Assembly: GCA_964658305.1 (NCBI GenBank)
Contig: OZ210885.1
Span: 4,402,001 to 4,466,000 of the forward strand
Origin: Leptogorgia sarmentosa
Lineage: Eukaryota
Direction of reading: 5' to 3'
DNA length: 64,000 nucleotides
Made by a program: the position numbers and the translations under genes
Shown here: positions 26,020 through 37,668 of the stretch, piece after piece
Numbering within the stretch: the first letter of the stretch is position 1
Layout of the letters: the number at the start of each line of letters is the position of its first letter
The notes under the pieces: model-generated
Seen by the model: only the letters and a program-made list of their open reading frames with translations
Database searches by the model: none
What the model was told of the DNA's origin: nothing

Positions 26020-27120
26020 TTTAAATTTTAAATTAAATTTAACAATTTTATTCAGAATTCTACAAAATTTAAACACACAGCAGTTTTATATAGAAATAAG
26101 TAGAATACCCCAAATGGATAGAATCAGCACGAATGAGACATAAAGTGCCATGCGAGTTGCTCACCATTCAAAGACTATACAAAACACTAACAAAAACAAT
26201 ACTACAAAGCACAAACATCAATCACAAAAATTTACTAAGTTCTATGACATGGACAGTCACACACCAATGACCATGTACATGGCATATATATATATATGTC
26301 GAACGTTGTCCCAAGCAAGCGTTTGCACATGCTTCTAATGTTTCTCTTGAACGGAGAAAGGGAGGTGAAGGTGGTAGGAGGTAGAAGTTTACAAGTATAG
26401 TTCCATATTTTAACAAGTCGGTTGAAATAGGATGCTTTGAATGTGTTGGAATTACAGAGGGGGACTCTAAGGGTGAGGGTGGGGTTTTGACAGAGTCGGG
26501 TTCGACTGTTGCTGGAAAAGGAGACGAAGGTGTAGACGTCCAAATCTATGATGCCAACTAGAGCTTTGAAGAAGAAGATCAGATCGGAAATCTCTCTTTC
26601 ATAGCAGAGGGGAAGCAAATTCAAATGCATTAGCCGTTGTTGATATGTCATTTCGCCATGCTTGGATTGTAATATCCACACGGTGGCACGTCTTTGGATG
26701 CTTTCGACTTTAACCTGTATTTTGCAGTGTGTGGAGACCAGACTTCGCTACCGTAACATAGTTGAGATCTGACAAGGGAGATACAGCGTTCGTCGTACTG
26801 ATTTGTTTTTCAAGAGGGCAAGTTCGTTTCAGCAGCCCAAGCATCTTGTTAGCCTTGACAGTAATTGTTTGAATGTGAGCATCCCAATGGAAGTCGGTGG
26901 TGACACAGATACCGAGGTCTTTCTCTTTATTCACTCGCACGAGTTCTTTTGAGTTCATACGGTAGGCATATACGAGTGGAGACTTTTTTCTTGTGATGGT
27001 AAGCACTTTACATTTTGACTGGTTGAAATCTAGATTATTATCACTGCTCCAACATTCAAGGTTGGTCAAGGCGTGTTGTAGGATTTTACAGTCAGGTTCC
27101 GATTTGATAGATTTAAGTTG
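26020..27120 (-). mobile_element. 5'-truncated CR1/L2-group LINE (end of RT and C-terminal domain)
   Basis: FNQSKCKVL, EKDLGI, KANKMLGLLKR, QRRAT.WIL, YQQRL..LNLLPL, SYFNRLVKIWN. Confidence 0.8.
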
Positions 27121-27719
27121 TCCTAGGCATGCTGATGAGATCTGACATTGAGCAAACCAGCCAAAATTTTGAGGTTTACTTGTTCTGAAAGGACAAGTCG
27201 TGGACTTAAACATTCTTGTCAGGTCAAGCTATCTGTGTTCTAAAAATTGATGCTCAGATTGCTGGAAATGGCGATTCTGGGGTCTATATTTCAAAATTTT
27301 GGGATAATGCCCCTGGACCCCCCAAATTATGGTGGGTTTTTTCATGACCAAACAAAAAACGCTGGCTTCGCCACTGATATGGACTTCCATAAAAATAACT
27401 AGCCTTGAACTACTAAAATATATTTTTGAATTTAATCTTCAATCTAGTCTACCAGAAGCAGTAAAGCTACTGAAAGTAACTTCGCTTGAGAGGTAATTCT
27501 CCTGCTTGAAAAGGGTTAAGCTCTCTTTGTAGGATTTCAATTCAAAGATATCTTAGAACTCAAAGACGCCAAATGTGTTGCGTGAGATTGTGAAAAAGTT
27601 TGAAAATCCCAGAAGACTTGCCTTCCTCTGCAAATAGATTTAACACATTTGTGCTATCGATTTAATTTCCTGTACAAATATATTTCTTATTACTTTTCAA
27701 GGAGATTGATACTCATATT

Positions 27720-28496
27720 CAGGTGGCAACTGTATAACATGCTCTTATTAAATTTCATAGTATCTCTAGTAAGTCTTTCACAGTATCATATTCACTAGAC
27801 AATTCAGGCAAAAGTTCAGAATAAACATCACAGGCTTTACCAGTTAAAACACTTTGGACCAACATTGTCCAATGTTCTTCAAGTGTCCCCAATTAGTAGA
27901 GGAAATTTTCCTCAGCTAGATGTAAATTGCCACAGAAATAAAGTCTTTATTATTATTCTTTTGGCCATGCACAATTTGTTAGTACCTTTTTGAAATGTAG
28001 AAAATACTTGTCTACTTCCTCTGTGCCTGAAACAGTGGGACCATTCTAATGTGTTTGTTAAAATCGAAAACGGAACTTTTGCTTGTTCCTGTTGATGTAT
28101 TAGAGTTAACCTTTTCATTCCTAGTTCTAATTTCTGTTGTTTAAGCCTAAACTCTCTATCCTCTTTCTCCCATTCTCTTTCCCACTGTCTCTCTTGTTGT
28201 CTTCTCTGCCATTGTCTCCTTTCTCTGTCTGATTCTTCACTACTAATCTCATTCATTCGGCCTAAGTTTGTTTGGCTATTACTTTGTGTTACTGGACTTT
28301 GAGTTTGGTATTTTCCTAAAGCAGACTGTTCCAATGACTTTTGGTGGACTAAGAGTTCCATAATGACTTTCTCAATGTCGCGTTTTGGCATACTACTTTT
28401 AATTTCCGATTCTAGTTTCAAATCACTTTTCCTAACGTTTTCAATTTGTCTACAGTATGTTCCACCATAAACTCTCCAGGTTTAAGTTACAACATT
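27720..28496 (-). pseudogene. Gypsy (Gmr1-like) gag fragment
   Basis: Coiled-coil ERE-rich segment followed, across frameshifts, by VPLFQ..EVDKYFLHF.K and GKA...YS..EYDTVK. Lies downstream of the PBS and LTR. Confidence 0.65.
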
Positions 28497-28642
28497 ATTC
28501 CTACTATAACTGAATCACACCAAATGACCGTCAAATTCTGCTACATATACTTGACTCTTTTTTGTGTATGTTAATTTGTTGAAATTTGACCTCGCTAATA
28601 TGATAGACCTCAATTTAACTCAGTTCTGGATTTTTAAAAGGT

Positions 28643-28659
28643 TCCCAGGCAGGCCCCCA
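28643..28659 (-). promoter_or_regulatory. Primer-binding site, tRNA-Pro-like
   Basis: Minus strand reads TGGGGGCCTGCCTGGGA, similar to the canonical PBS-Pro TGGGGGCTCGTCCGGGA, and lies immediately after the LTR. Confidence 0.65.
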
Positions 28660-29005
28660 TTTGGTTACAAGCCTGGTCGCTAAAATTACTGTTTCCTGCG
28701 TTTCAGCTCAATGTCTCTCGCAACAAAAATATCAGTGTGAGACAGTTACATTTATAGAACTACAGTAGAACCTCGCTAACTCGAACTCTCAAGGGGAACG
28801 AAAAATTTCATTTACTATGTTAATAATTAATAAGGTATAACAAAGTATTATATTATGCATCAAAATTACAAAAAGTTTCATTGTTTATCCCAAACAAAAG
28901 TTCTTTAGTCAGTATCGTTGATCATTGTATCTTACAGTTTACTCGCTAAAAAAGAAAGAACCATGCTTTACTATTGTATAAACGATGAAATAGATAAGTA
29001 CTATA

Positions 29006-29815
29006 CAGGGTGTCTCAAAAAAAACGCAATCCTACGTTCAAATGCAATTTTCATAACGAAAAGAAATAGAAAATAGGCTATATTTACCATCGTTAGAAAG
29101 CTCTATCATTCCGCTTTCTTAAGACTGCTTGTTTGTTAAATTTGAGTTGGAAATGAGCGAGTAATGTTATTTTTAGTATGTGTGATTGGACAATTTAAAA
29201 TTTGAGATAGCTTGAATTTTATTAAAAATTTAACTTAGTTGGTTACAATCATTCGACGTGGCCTGGTTTCTCAGCACACACAAATCACTTCGACGTTGCA
29301 TTTCCCGTGCAACTCTTCTTATTAGTTCATGATTTCCATGTAAAGCATCTGCTTCAAGCTGTATCTGCCGGTATTTACGTATGTTACGCCAAACGGTCGT
29401 CGAATTTGGGACTTGTCGATCCGAGAAAGCTATTCGAAACAATCTTAAAACTTCCTGAATACTTTTTGTTACAAAGTAACCTTCAACAATAAAGTTCTTT
29501 CTGTTGTAGTGAGCTGTGGCATGATGCCTAAGACTTTAAAATTATTTCGCGAAAATATTTCAAACAAAATATTCGCATGCAACGATAACGTCCCCTTCGG
29601 AATCAAGAACGTCGAATTCGAAGCATCTAAAAATGACTGCTTGCAGTAAATCACTTATTTTGAAGTCCTAAATGGCCTAAAAAGTCACAATCGACCACTT
29701 ATTGAGTAGAAAAAAGATGGGGCTAAAACATGAACTAAAAGTTAAGACATGGAAATCTATATTATTTTGGTTATAAAGCCTTAAACTTGGATTGCGCTTT
29801 TTTTGATACACCCTG
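29006..29815 (-). mobile_element. Internally deleted Tc1/mariner element (DUF4817-like HTH remnant)
   Basis: TA|CAGGGTGTCTCAAAAAAAACGCAATCC ... GGATTGCGCTTTTTTTGATACACCCTG|TA. Remnant peptide MPQLTTTER..FSDRQVPNSTTVWRNIRKY. Confidence 0.8.
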
Positions 29816-31250
29816 TATATGTCAGGCGAAAAATGATTGAATGTTCCTCTGCTTATTTTTCTGTATGCTTCGCTCCATTAGCAGAGATAACTGAGCGGTT
29901 AGTTGGCGAATCTCCTCTTCTCCTTCATCTACAAACATACTGTAGGTGAGCAGGGCATCAATAGACTGTCTCACTTCACTTGCAGCAGGTCGCTTAGGTG
30001 CGTCATCTAGCATTTCCATCTCGTCGTCAGAATCCTCGTCAACGCCGTCGCCTGTTTCACGAAACTCTGCTAGGATTTCTTCATCATTCCAGGATTCCAT
30101 GTTCGAAGTTAGCAAGTCTTGATCTGTAGCAATCACATCATTTAGGGTTATACAGGTTGGCACAAGCTCTGGGGAGCTTTCTCTCAAAAACTCCAGTTCC
30201 TCGCTTAAAAAACTGAATGGGTCGTCAGCGTCACTAATAGCACTTTGCTGCGCTTCACTGCCAATACCAGCTTTCCTAAAGCAATTCCGAACCGTGTCCG
30301 AAGTCTCTCTATTCCAAGCGCCCGTCAGGATCGTCATAGCATCTAAAATGGTTAAATTAGGAGGTAACATTCCCTTTTCCAATACGTCGATGTACTTGTG
30401 GACAGTTGTTCCACGGTAAAACGCCTTTAACGATCTGATGACGCCTTGATCAATTGGTTGCATTTTGCATGTTGTATTTGGTGGCAGGAACACCAAATTA
30501 ATAGCCTTCAGGTTAGATAATGTGGGGTGGGCAGGGCAATAGGCCGGTTGCAGAAGTGCAAAGCATCACGGTAGTTTAGTTACAGAGCAGAAATTTGCAT
30601 CATGGCGTCGGTATTCGTTCGGACACGAATAGGAGCTTGAAAACTTAAATTTAAACAAAAGATTAATTGCTATCAATTGGATTTTGAGTTTCGTGAAGTC
30701 TGTACTTCATGTTTTTTATTTTCATTGAGTTTTTTGTTTCTACGAGCTAATGATTCTGAAATATTTAACATGGCGGACAGAGTTGCTGAAACGATCAGTG
30801 GCCTAGATTCGAAGTGATCAGACACAAATTTTGCTTTTTCTTTTAATTCAAAGGTAAGTACTTTGTTAAATTACTTGTAAAATAAGGGAACCTTTGTGGC
30901 TTATTGTTTGCAGGAGGAAATACGGCGATCGCATAGCAAACAGCGACTTGAGATGCGAAGTTGCTTTCACACTTGGTCTGTCTAAAACTACACATGTTTG
31001 ATCAAACGTTCTATTCACAAACCAAAACATTGAGGTTGTTTGGCGCGAAAAGTATCTGTTTCAAAGCCGAGCTTTGTCGTTTGAAATATTTCCGCTGTCG
31101 TCAAAAGTACTTTTAAGTACTATTTACTGCTGTCTACAAGTTTAAATTGTGTTATCTTACTGCAAAATATTCACGCGAATTTGAAGTACATATATATTGT
31201 TCGTTTCCTCGACGATATTTTCAACTTTTTGACGGGTTTCTTCAACTAAA

Positions 31251-32657
31251 ATGGAGAGTAGTAAGGGAGAGTCGAGTGGAAAATTAAAATACGGAGGAAC
31301 GACTTGCTGTGTGCAATTTTGCAAAAGTAATAGCGTGCGGAATCCTGAATTGTCTTTCCACAAATTTCCAAAAGACTTAGATTTGAGAGAAACATGGTTG
31401 AATTTATTGTGCATTGATAGACAGCCTTTAAAAAGTCATAAAGTTTGTTCTCTGCACTTTCCCGGTGGCAAAAAGTCATATGGTGCACTACCAACTGTAC
31501 AGAACGTTTCTAGCAGGCAAACAGTAAACAGTAGCAAAGGTAGGGCACACGCTAACATTACTGAGCCAACTTTTGAAGACATGACCAAGTGTGAACAGCA
31601 AAATACCATCTCACCAGAGTCAAATGATGAGCTACTTAGAGCTGAAAATGCTGAACTTAAGCAAAAATTGGAAGAGCTGTCAACAAAATATAAGCAACAT
31701 GTACTCCGAATTGAACATGTACTTGCAAGCAACACAAACTTTAAATTTTACACTGGCTTTCAAGACTACCAGACATTTAAAGCATTTTTTGAATACCTGC
31801 AACCTGCATGTGATTTCTTGAACTATACTGGCTTAAGTGGCAATGCTGAATATACCCATGAAGCACAACAAAAAATTGGGCGACCAAGAACAATGTCCCC
31901 AGAACAAGAGCTGTTTATGGTACTTGTTCGGTTGCGATGTGGGCTTATGGGGACAGACATTGCTTTTCGGTTCGGTATTTCAGAAGCACAAGTTTCTCGC
32001 ATATGGGTTACCTGGTTGGAGTTCCTGTACGATAGGCTAAGGGCTATTCCAATTTGGGCATCACAGGAATACATACAGAATACCATGCCGCAGTCATTTA
32101 AAAACACCTACCCAAATACAAGGGTTATAATTGACTGTACTGAGCTGTTTATAGAAAAGCCAACTTCATTTCGAAGTCAGTCAGCAACATACTCTGCATA
32201 TAAGAATCACAACACTGCTAAGGGACTATTAGGCATTTCCCCAGCTGGTTAACTTACCTTTGTCTCAGAACTTTATGCTGGGAGATCTAGTGACAAACAG
32301 ATAACTAAAGATTGTGGTATCCTAAATTTATTGGGGCCTGGAGATCATGTGATGGCAGATAGGGGGTTTGATTTGGAAAACGAGATGCCTACTGGTGTTG
32401 GGCTAAATATACCACCTTTCTTGAATGGTGCACCACAATTATCAGTGCATGATGAAGCTGAGACAAGGAAAATTGCATCACTGAGGGTACATGTTGAAAG
32501 AGCAATTCAGCGCATAAAAAGCTACCGAATAATTAAAAATGTTTTCCCATTAAGTATGTCATCCGACCTGAACAAGGTTTGGGTAGTTTGTTCCTACCTC
32601 ACATTGTTCTTCCCACCTTTAATTAAGGCTAACAGTGAAACAGAAAGAAGCAATTGA
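31251..32657 (+). pseudogene. ISL2EU transposase: THAP, coiled coil, HTH and DDE_Tnp_4; single in-frame stop at 32250-32252
   Basis: CCVQFC..SFHKFP..W..VCSLHF; IIDCTELFIEKP; YKNHNTAKGL; VMADRGF; RVHVERAIQRIK. Confidence 0.9.
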
Positions 32658-32664
32658 ATTGTTT

Positions 32665-34226
32665 TTATAGTTTTTTACTCTTTTCTAATTCTGGATAAAT
32701 GTATGTGAAATAAAATGAAGTTAGTTCTGGCAACATTGTTTTATACCACAATTCTGGGTTGAAGTAAATTCTTTCAATAAATGTTTCTTGTTGAGTATAT
32801 ACTATAAAGTCTGTCCACTTAACTTTGCATGCTGCCATAAGTCCTTGGACTTGATAATAATAACTATGATTTCGTTTTAAAGTGGGTTTAGTTTGTTTGT
32901 CACTTGGTGAAACAAGGAAAAAGGAAGAATCTTGACATGCCTCAGCAATGGTCATTTCTTTTTTGGATGACGGGCATTTAACTTCACCTAATCCAAATGG
33001 CATTTCTTCATTAGGGTCATGCAAAAGGGCGGTCTGGACTGGCCCCAAGCCATGGACTCTCAGTGTTTATAAATAATCCACACTGTGTGCAGGCAGTCAC
33101 AGACTTTGCATCATTATTCATCTTTTCCAAAAATTTTGCTATAGCAACCTGCTATTAGATTTCCCCCACAAACATGATTCTGGTGGCTTTGATATATTGG
33201 TTGCAGGAGAAAGAACCTTTTGCAGAATGGATTTGGGGAAATTGCTTTTTCTACGTTTCAACACAGAACCAAAATTGGAGGCTGTTAAACGAGCCCTCCT
33301 TTTTTCAAACCAAAGTTTGCAGTCTGACTGGCCTCTTGTGTTACACTCTAAATCAGCCATTTGTTCTTTTGTAGAATACAAATTGTTTTGAACATATGGT
33401 GCATATTCTTGAGATGGTAGATGCTTGCACACTTCTGAGAAATCAGGAACAGCAATTTTATCGAGTACTGATTTTCTAATGTTGTTGTTATAAAGTTGGG
33501 AAGCATGCAAATTTGCATCAATGAAAACTTTTTTCGAAGGAAGTCCCTCTAAATAGTTGTTATAATCCCATGGTTTGTGGTGGTTAGATTTCAGAAGGCC
33601 CTGAAAATAATGACATGAATCGGCAGTTTTTAAACCATTTTCCAATTTTTGCAAATCGCATTCAGTCACGTTTTCACTAAATGCAGGTGAAGGATTGTTG
33701 TAGTCCGGATGGTATACTTTTTCCTTTTTGCATGTTGCCTTGGTAAATTTGACTTGGTCGAAAAGTAATGCTGTCTCAAGTTTATCATTAGGTGGTACAT
33801 GCCATTGCTGGAGTAGCTGTGTGCATGTCAAGTCGTCGGGTACTTCAGTTAATTCAAGTTGAGTAAAGTCTAATAGCTGAAAAAGCAATGCTGCAACATG
33901 TTTGCAACAACCACATTTCCCAGCAGCACATGAACAGTTTGCATGAAATATTTTGCCTGAACAACGCATTTCATCAGAAAAAACTTTTCTTTGCCTTTCA
34001 TAATATTAGCTTTAACTAAAACCCGAGTAACCATTTTATCTTTGAATAACTGATAACCAGCTTTTTTGTGCTTGTGTGCATTATTAGGTTGCCCATTGTT
34101 TACTTTATTTGAGGTGTTAGTTATCATGTGTTCTTGCAGCAATTCGTGCGTGAAAGGGGGCATGCCAGTAAGGTTTCTTGTCCACTCAGTTAATTTTCCA
34201 CTCGACTCTCCGTTACTACTCTCCAT
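32665..34226 (-). pseudogene. SWIM zinc finger plus YqaJ/lambda-exonuclease-like protein (frameshifted)
   Basis: CSCAAGKCGCCKHVAALL; TRGQSDCKLWFEKRRARLTASNFG; EVKCP; YYYQVQGLM. Confidence 0.85.
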
Positions 34227-35931
34227 TTTAGTTGAAGAAACCCGTCAAAAAGTTGAAAATATCGTCGAGGAAACGAACAATATATATGTACTTCAAATTC
34301 GCGTGAATATTTTGCAGTAAGATAACACAATTTAAACTTGTAGACAGCAGTAAATAGTACTTAAAAGTACTTTTGACGACAGCGGAAATATTTCAAACGA
34401 CAAAGCTCGGCTTTGAAACAGATACTTTTCGCGCCAAACAACCTCAATGTTTTGGTTTGTGAATAGAACGTTTGATCAAACATGTGTAGTTTTAGACAGA
34501 CCAAGTGTGAAAGCAACTTCGCATCTCAAGTCGCTGTTTGCTATGCGATCGCCGTATTTCCTCCTGCAAACAATAAGCCACAAAGGTTCCCTTATTTTAC
34601 AAGTAATTTAACAAAGTACTTACCTTTGAATTAAAAGAAAAAGCAAAATTTGTGTCTGATCACTTCGAATCTAGGCCACTGATCGTTTCAGCAACTCTGT
34701 CCGCCATGTTAAATATTTCAGAATCATTAGCTCGTAGAAACAAAAAACTCAATGAAAATAAAAAACATGAAGTACAGACTTCACGAAACTCAAAATCCAA
34801 TTGATAGCAATTAATCTTTTGTTTAAATTTAAGTTTTCAAGCTCCTATTCGTGTCCGAACGAATACCGACGCCATGATGCAAATTTTTGCTCTGTAACTA
34901 AACTACCGTGATGCTTTGCACTTCTGCAACCGGCCTATTATCCACAATAAGCGCTACTTTCCTGCCTTCGCTTTCAAACTTACGATCTTGTTCACTGACC
35001 CATTCCTCGAAAAGTGTACTGTCCATCCAACTTTTCTTCTGAGACCGATATCTACATGGCAAGTTTCTAACTCCTTTGAAACACCGGGGATTTTTCAACT
35101 TCCCAATGACAAACATGGGTAATTTATTGCCTACTGCATTACCAGCTGCTAGGCCTGTTAATCGAACTTTACTCAGCTTCCCACAAACACACTTCTCTGA
35201 TTTCAGTTGCAATGATTTGTCCGGAAGTGCTTTATAAAAGAGACCAAATTCATCTGTGTTGTATATGTCTTGAAGGTCATAGTTTGAAAGAATAGTTGGA
35301 AGAGTTGATTCTACCCATGACGCGGTCATTTCTTCGGTGCACGACTTGGCTTCACCAGAAACAGTTTTGAAAGATATTTCATGCCGACCCTTCCATCGCT
35401 CAAACCAGCCATTTGATGCTTTGAAGTTTTCTATGCCTAGTTCTTCAGCATACTTTAGAGCTTTCTCCTTTAGTATTGGACCGTTCACGGGTAATCCCTC
35501 GTCCCTTACTTTTACAAACCATTTGTAAACAGCCTGATCCAGGTTTTCAAAGTTGCTCGATTTTAGCTTTTGCGTATAACGATTGTTTCCGCTCTCAAAA
35601 GCATTTACAATTTTTTCTTTGTTTTTCAACCACGTGGATAAAGTATTGCGAGGCATATTATACTCAGCAGCGACGTCCTTCTTTGGAATGCCACTCTCGA
35701 TCTTCTTGAGGGCTTCATATTTTGCGCTTAATGTTTTAGTGGACAATTTTCGTTTTTTTGTGCCTTACATTGTTTGGTTAATGGTTTCGGCGCACAAGAT
35801 AAAAGAGAGCAAAAGCACTGTCCTTTCACACCTTCTCATTCTCCGTTTGTCACTTTAAAATGCTCCGAAAGGGCTCTCGAATTTCAATGTAACACCCATT
35901 GTATCAAAGATTTGCACTGAGAAACACGGCA

Positions 35932-36306
35932 ATGGCCTCACTGATCGCGTTTGAAATCGAATCCTTTGTCAAAGGATACCATGCCTACCAATATGAATGG
36001 TCACCAAGAGTTTTAAAGACAAAGATCGAGCTGACAAATATTGTCGATAAATACGCTGTGTCTGTTCTTCTTCATGACAGAGTTGTGGGACATTTAAAAC
36101 GAGGGAAAAGTGGGCGCTTTGCTAAAACAATCTTCTACTTTCTGCGAGCGGATATTTATAGTTCATGCATAGTCATCATCAAAGGCAAAGCAATTAACTT
36201 GGGTGACGGAGAAGGCATGCAAGTTCCATGCAAACTAAAATTCACTGGACAGGAAAAATATGTAGAGATTTTACAAAAGGATTTACAAAAGGAACTAAAA
36301 AAATAG
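35932..36306 (+). CDS. HIRAN-like domain protein (124 aa) inside the Tigger element, divergent from the transposase
   Basis: ESFVKGYHAY..W.P..L..E..N.VDKYAVSV....VVGHL.R pattern typical of HIRAN domains, plus C-terminal GEGMQVPC. The reading frame is open. Confidence 0.65.
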   Translation: MASLIAFEIESFVKGYHAYQYEWSPRVLKTKIELTNIVDKYAVSVLLHDRVVGHLKRGKSGRFAKTIFYFLRADIYSSCIVIIKGKAINLGDGEGMQVPCKLKFTGQEKYVEILQKDLQKELKK

Positions 36307-36339
36307 GTACACAAAGTGTACATGTATCTGCGCCTATGT

Positions 36340-37130
36340 ATCAAATTGCATAAGGAATTGAAACTTGACGACATATGATATCGCATTTCATGTTATTGTC
36401 TCGGGCTTAATAAACGCACAAACCCGTTTTATTACAAGATACTAAATCTGTTTTCCTGGGATTGAATGTTTCAACCATTCTGTATGACGAAGCGTCAACA
36501 TATAGTAGATATTCCGTGATCACAAATTCACAATGACACCGCGGGTCCGCGGGCATTCCAAACATGTACGACACGCTGGAGAATCGTTGGGAAAATATAC
36601 GCACAATTTTGTCAAGACATGAACCTCTTTCATAATGTTAAATATTCGCTTTGTTCAAGATAATACAATGTATAATTTGCGTCATGATATTTTTTCTTAG
36701 ATGATCGAAATTCTATAGCAGACCTCTTTAATATATCTTTAAAAGCAATGCCAATGTATAATTTGCGTCATAATATTTTTGTGTATAAATATCCTTAGTA
36801 AATAGTGTTCTAAACGGCGTAAACGCTTATAAATTAACCTCTATTTCTGTCAAAATACTCGTCACTGCGGCCATTACATTTTCTTTTTATCTGGCTATTC
36901 ATGCGAAATAAAATCCACGATCAAACACATCACTACTTGTTAGCTCGCGCCTATATCAGCCGCCATTTTGTAATATTTAGCCCGCAAGAACTTGCTTTGC
37001 CCTAGTGTCTAACATTTCCACATACACACAAACACACACACACACACGGACCTGATAGCAATATATCTGCGTCACTGCGTGCGCAGATACAAAAACTAGA
37101 TCAGTAACACTCGACGCTCTAGATCTCTAT
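36340..37130. repeat. Probable HINE-like insertion with a (CA)n tract and terminal hairpin; boundaries uncertain
   Basis: (CA)n at 37021-37047, then hairpin TATCTGCG..CGCAGATA (37064-37089), then AAAAACTAG. Confidence 0.35.
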
Positions 37131-37668
37131 GTGTATAATCTGTTACTGAGTAAATTACTATAAAAAACAGTGTAAAATTCAAGGGGAATTGGATTTAGTT
37201 TGAGTAAGCGAAGAGTTCGAGTTAAGCGAGTTCGAGTTAGTGGGGGACTACTGTATATCTATTTCTTTTACCATTTCTTGCGGTAACCTCTCCACTTGTG
37301 GAAACCAAGATAATGCTTGCTCATGCATGACTAAGCTAAAAAGCATCCCATGCATGAAACAATTTTCAAACTAAGGGTAAATAATGTAAACATAGTAAGA
37401 ATTACAAGTAGGATATATAATAAGTATTCTATGGTATATAATATAATAAACTATGAATTATACATAATACCTAATCATGTAACAAACTGTAAAAATGAAA
37501 GCACATGCACTTGATTTTTACATGTAATGATTACTTGTACAATCAGTGAAATCATAGTAGCCCATATATACACTTATTTTTATATGCAACTTAAAATCAC
37601 TAAAAATAATGAAAATATGTCTTCGAATGTCGTAGTCTGTCTTTCCAGTCGTTGCTTATTATCTCTCT

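Larger units (their letters stand above)
20490..27376 (+). mobile_element. hAT element (ZMYM1-like transposase, degraded at 20990-22890) with nested insertions
   Basis: TIR CAGTGGCAAAGCCAGC / GCTGGCTTCGCCACTG. 8-bp TSD ATACGGAC / ATATGGAC (one mismatch). Motifs FRGHNES, SVQVDDTTDVS and AHRLNLVL. Confidence 0.8.
20100..27640 (+). pseudogene. Older ZMYM1-like hAT transposase 3' half, split by the hAT at 20490-27376
   Basis: ..YKQLYFEVLDSIVGMLSERF..SFIYRDTD (to 20489) resumes after 27384 as FHKN..ELLKYIFEFNLQSSLPEAVKLLK..FSCLKRVK. Confidence 0.7.
30541..34936 (+). mobile_element. ISL2EU (PIF/Harbinger-related) DNA transposon with 747-bp TIRs and AT TSD
   Basis: AT|AGGCCGGTTGCAGAAG ... CTTCTGCAACCGGCCT|AT. 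TIRs at 30541-31287 and 34190-34936. Two convergent genes (transposase and YqaJ-type nuclease). Confidence 0.9.
29822..35770 (-). pseudogene. Tigger transposase (CENP-B HTH plus DDE_1), split by ISL2EU; nonsense codon at position 2
   Basis: FKASNGWFERWK.RH, IYNTDEFGLFY, KSWMDS, and IVDN|CPAHP rejoined across the insertion, then FLPPNTTCKMQPIDQGVI. ATG at 35770 is followed by TAA. Confidence 0.9.
28763..37253 (-). mobile_element. Tigger/pogo DNA transposon
   Basis: TA|CAGTAGAACCTCGCTAACTCGAACTC ... GAGTTCGAGTTAGTGGGGGACTACTG|TA. Confidence 0.85.
28662..37484 (-). repeat. 5' LTR of the Gypsy element, split by Tigger (pieces 28662-28762 and 37256-37484)
   Basis: Both pieces align with the solo LTR at 40361-41125. 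Ends ..CATGTAACA. Confidence 0.75.

Noticed and set aside
31157..31414. ORFs 31157-31414 (-) and 34066-34320 (+) sharing an identical C-terminus
   Set aside because: They are antisense read-outs of the ISL2EU TIRs, not genes.
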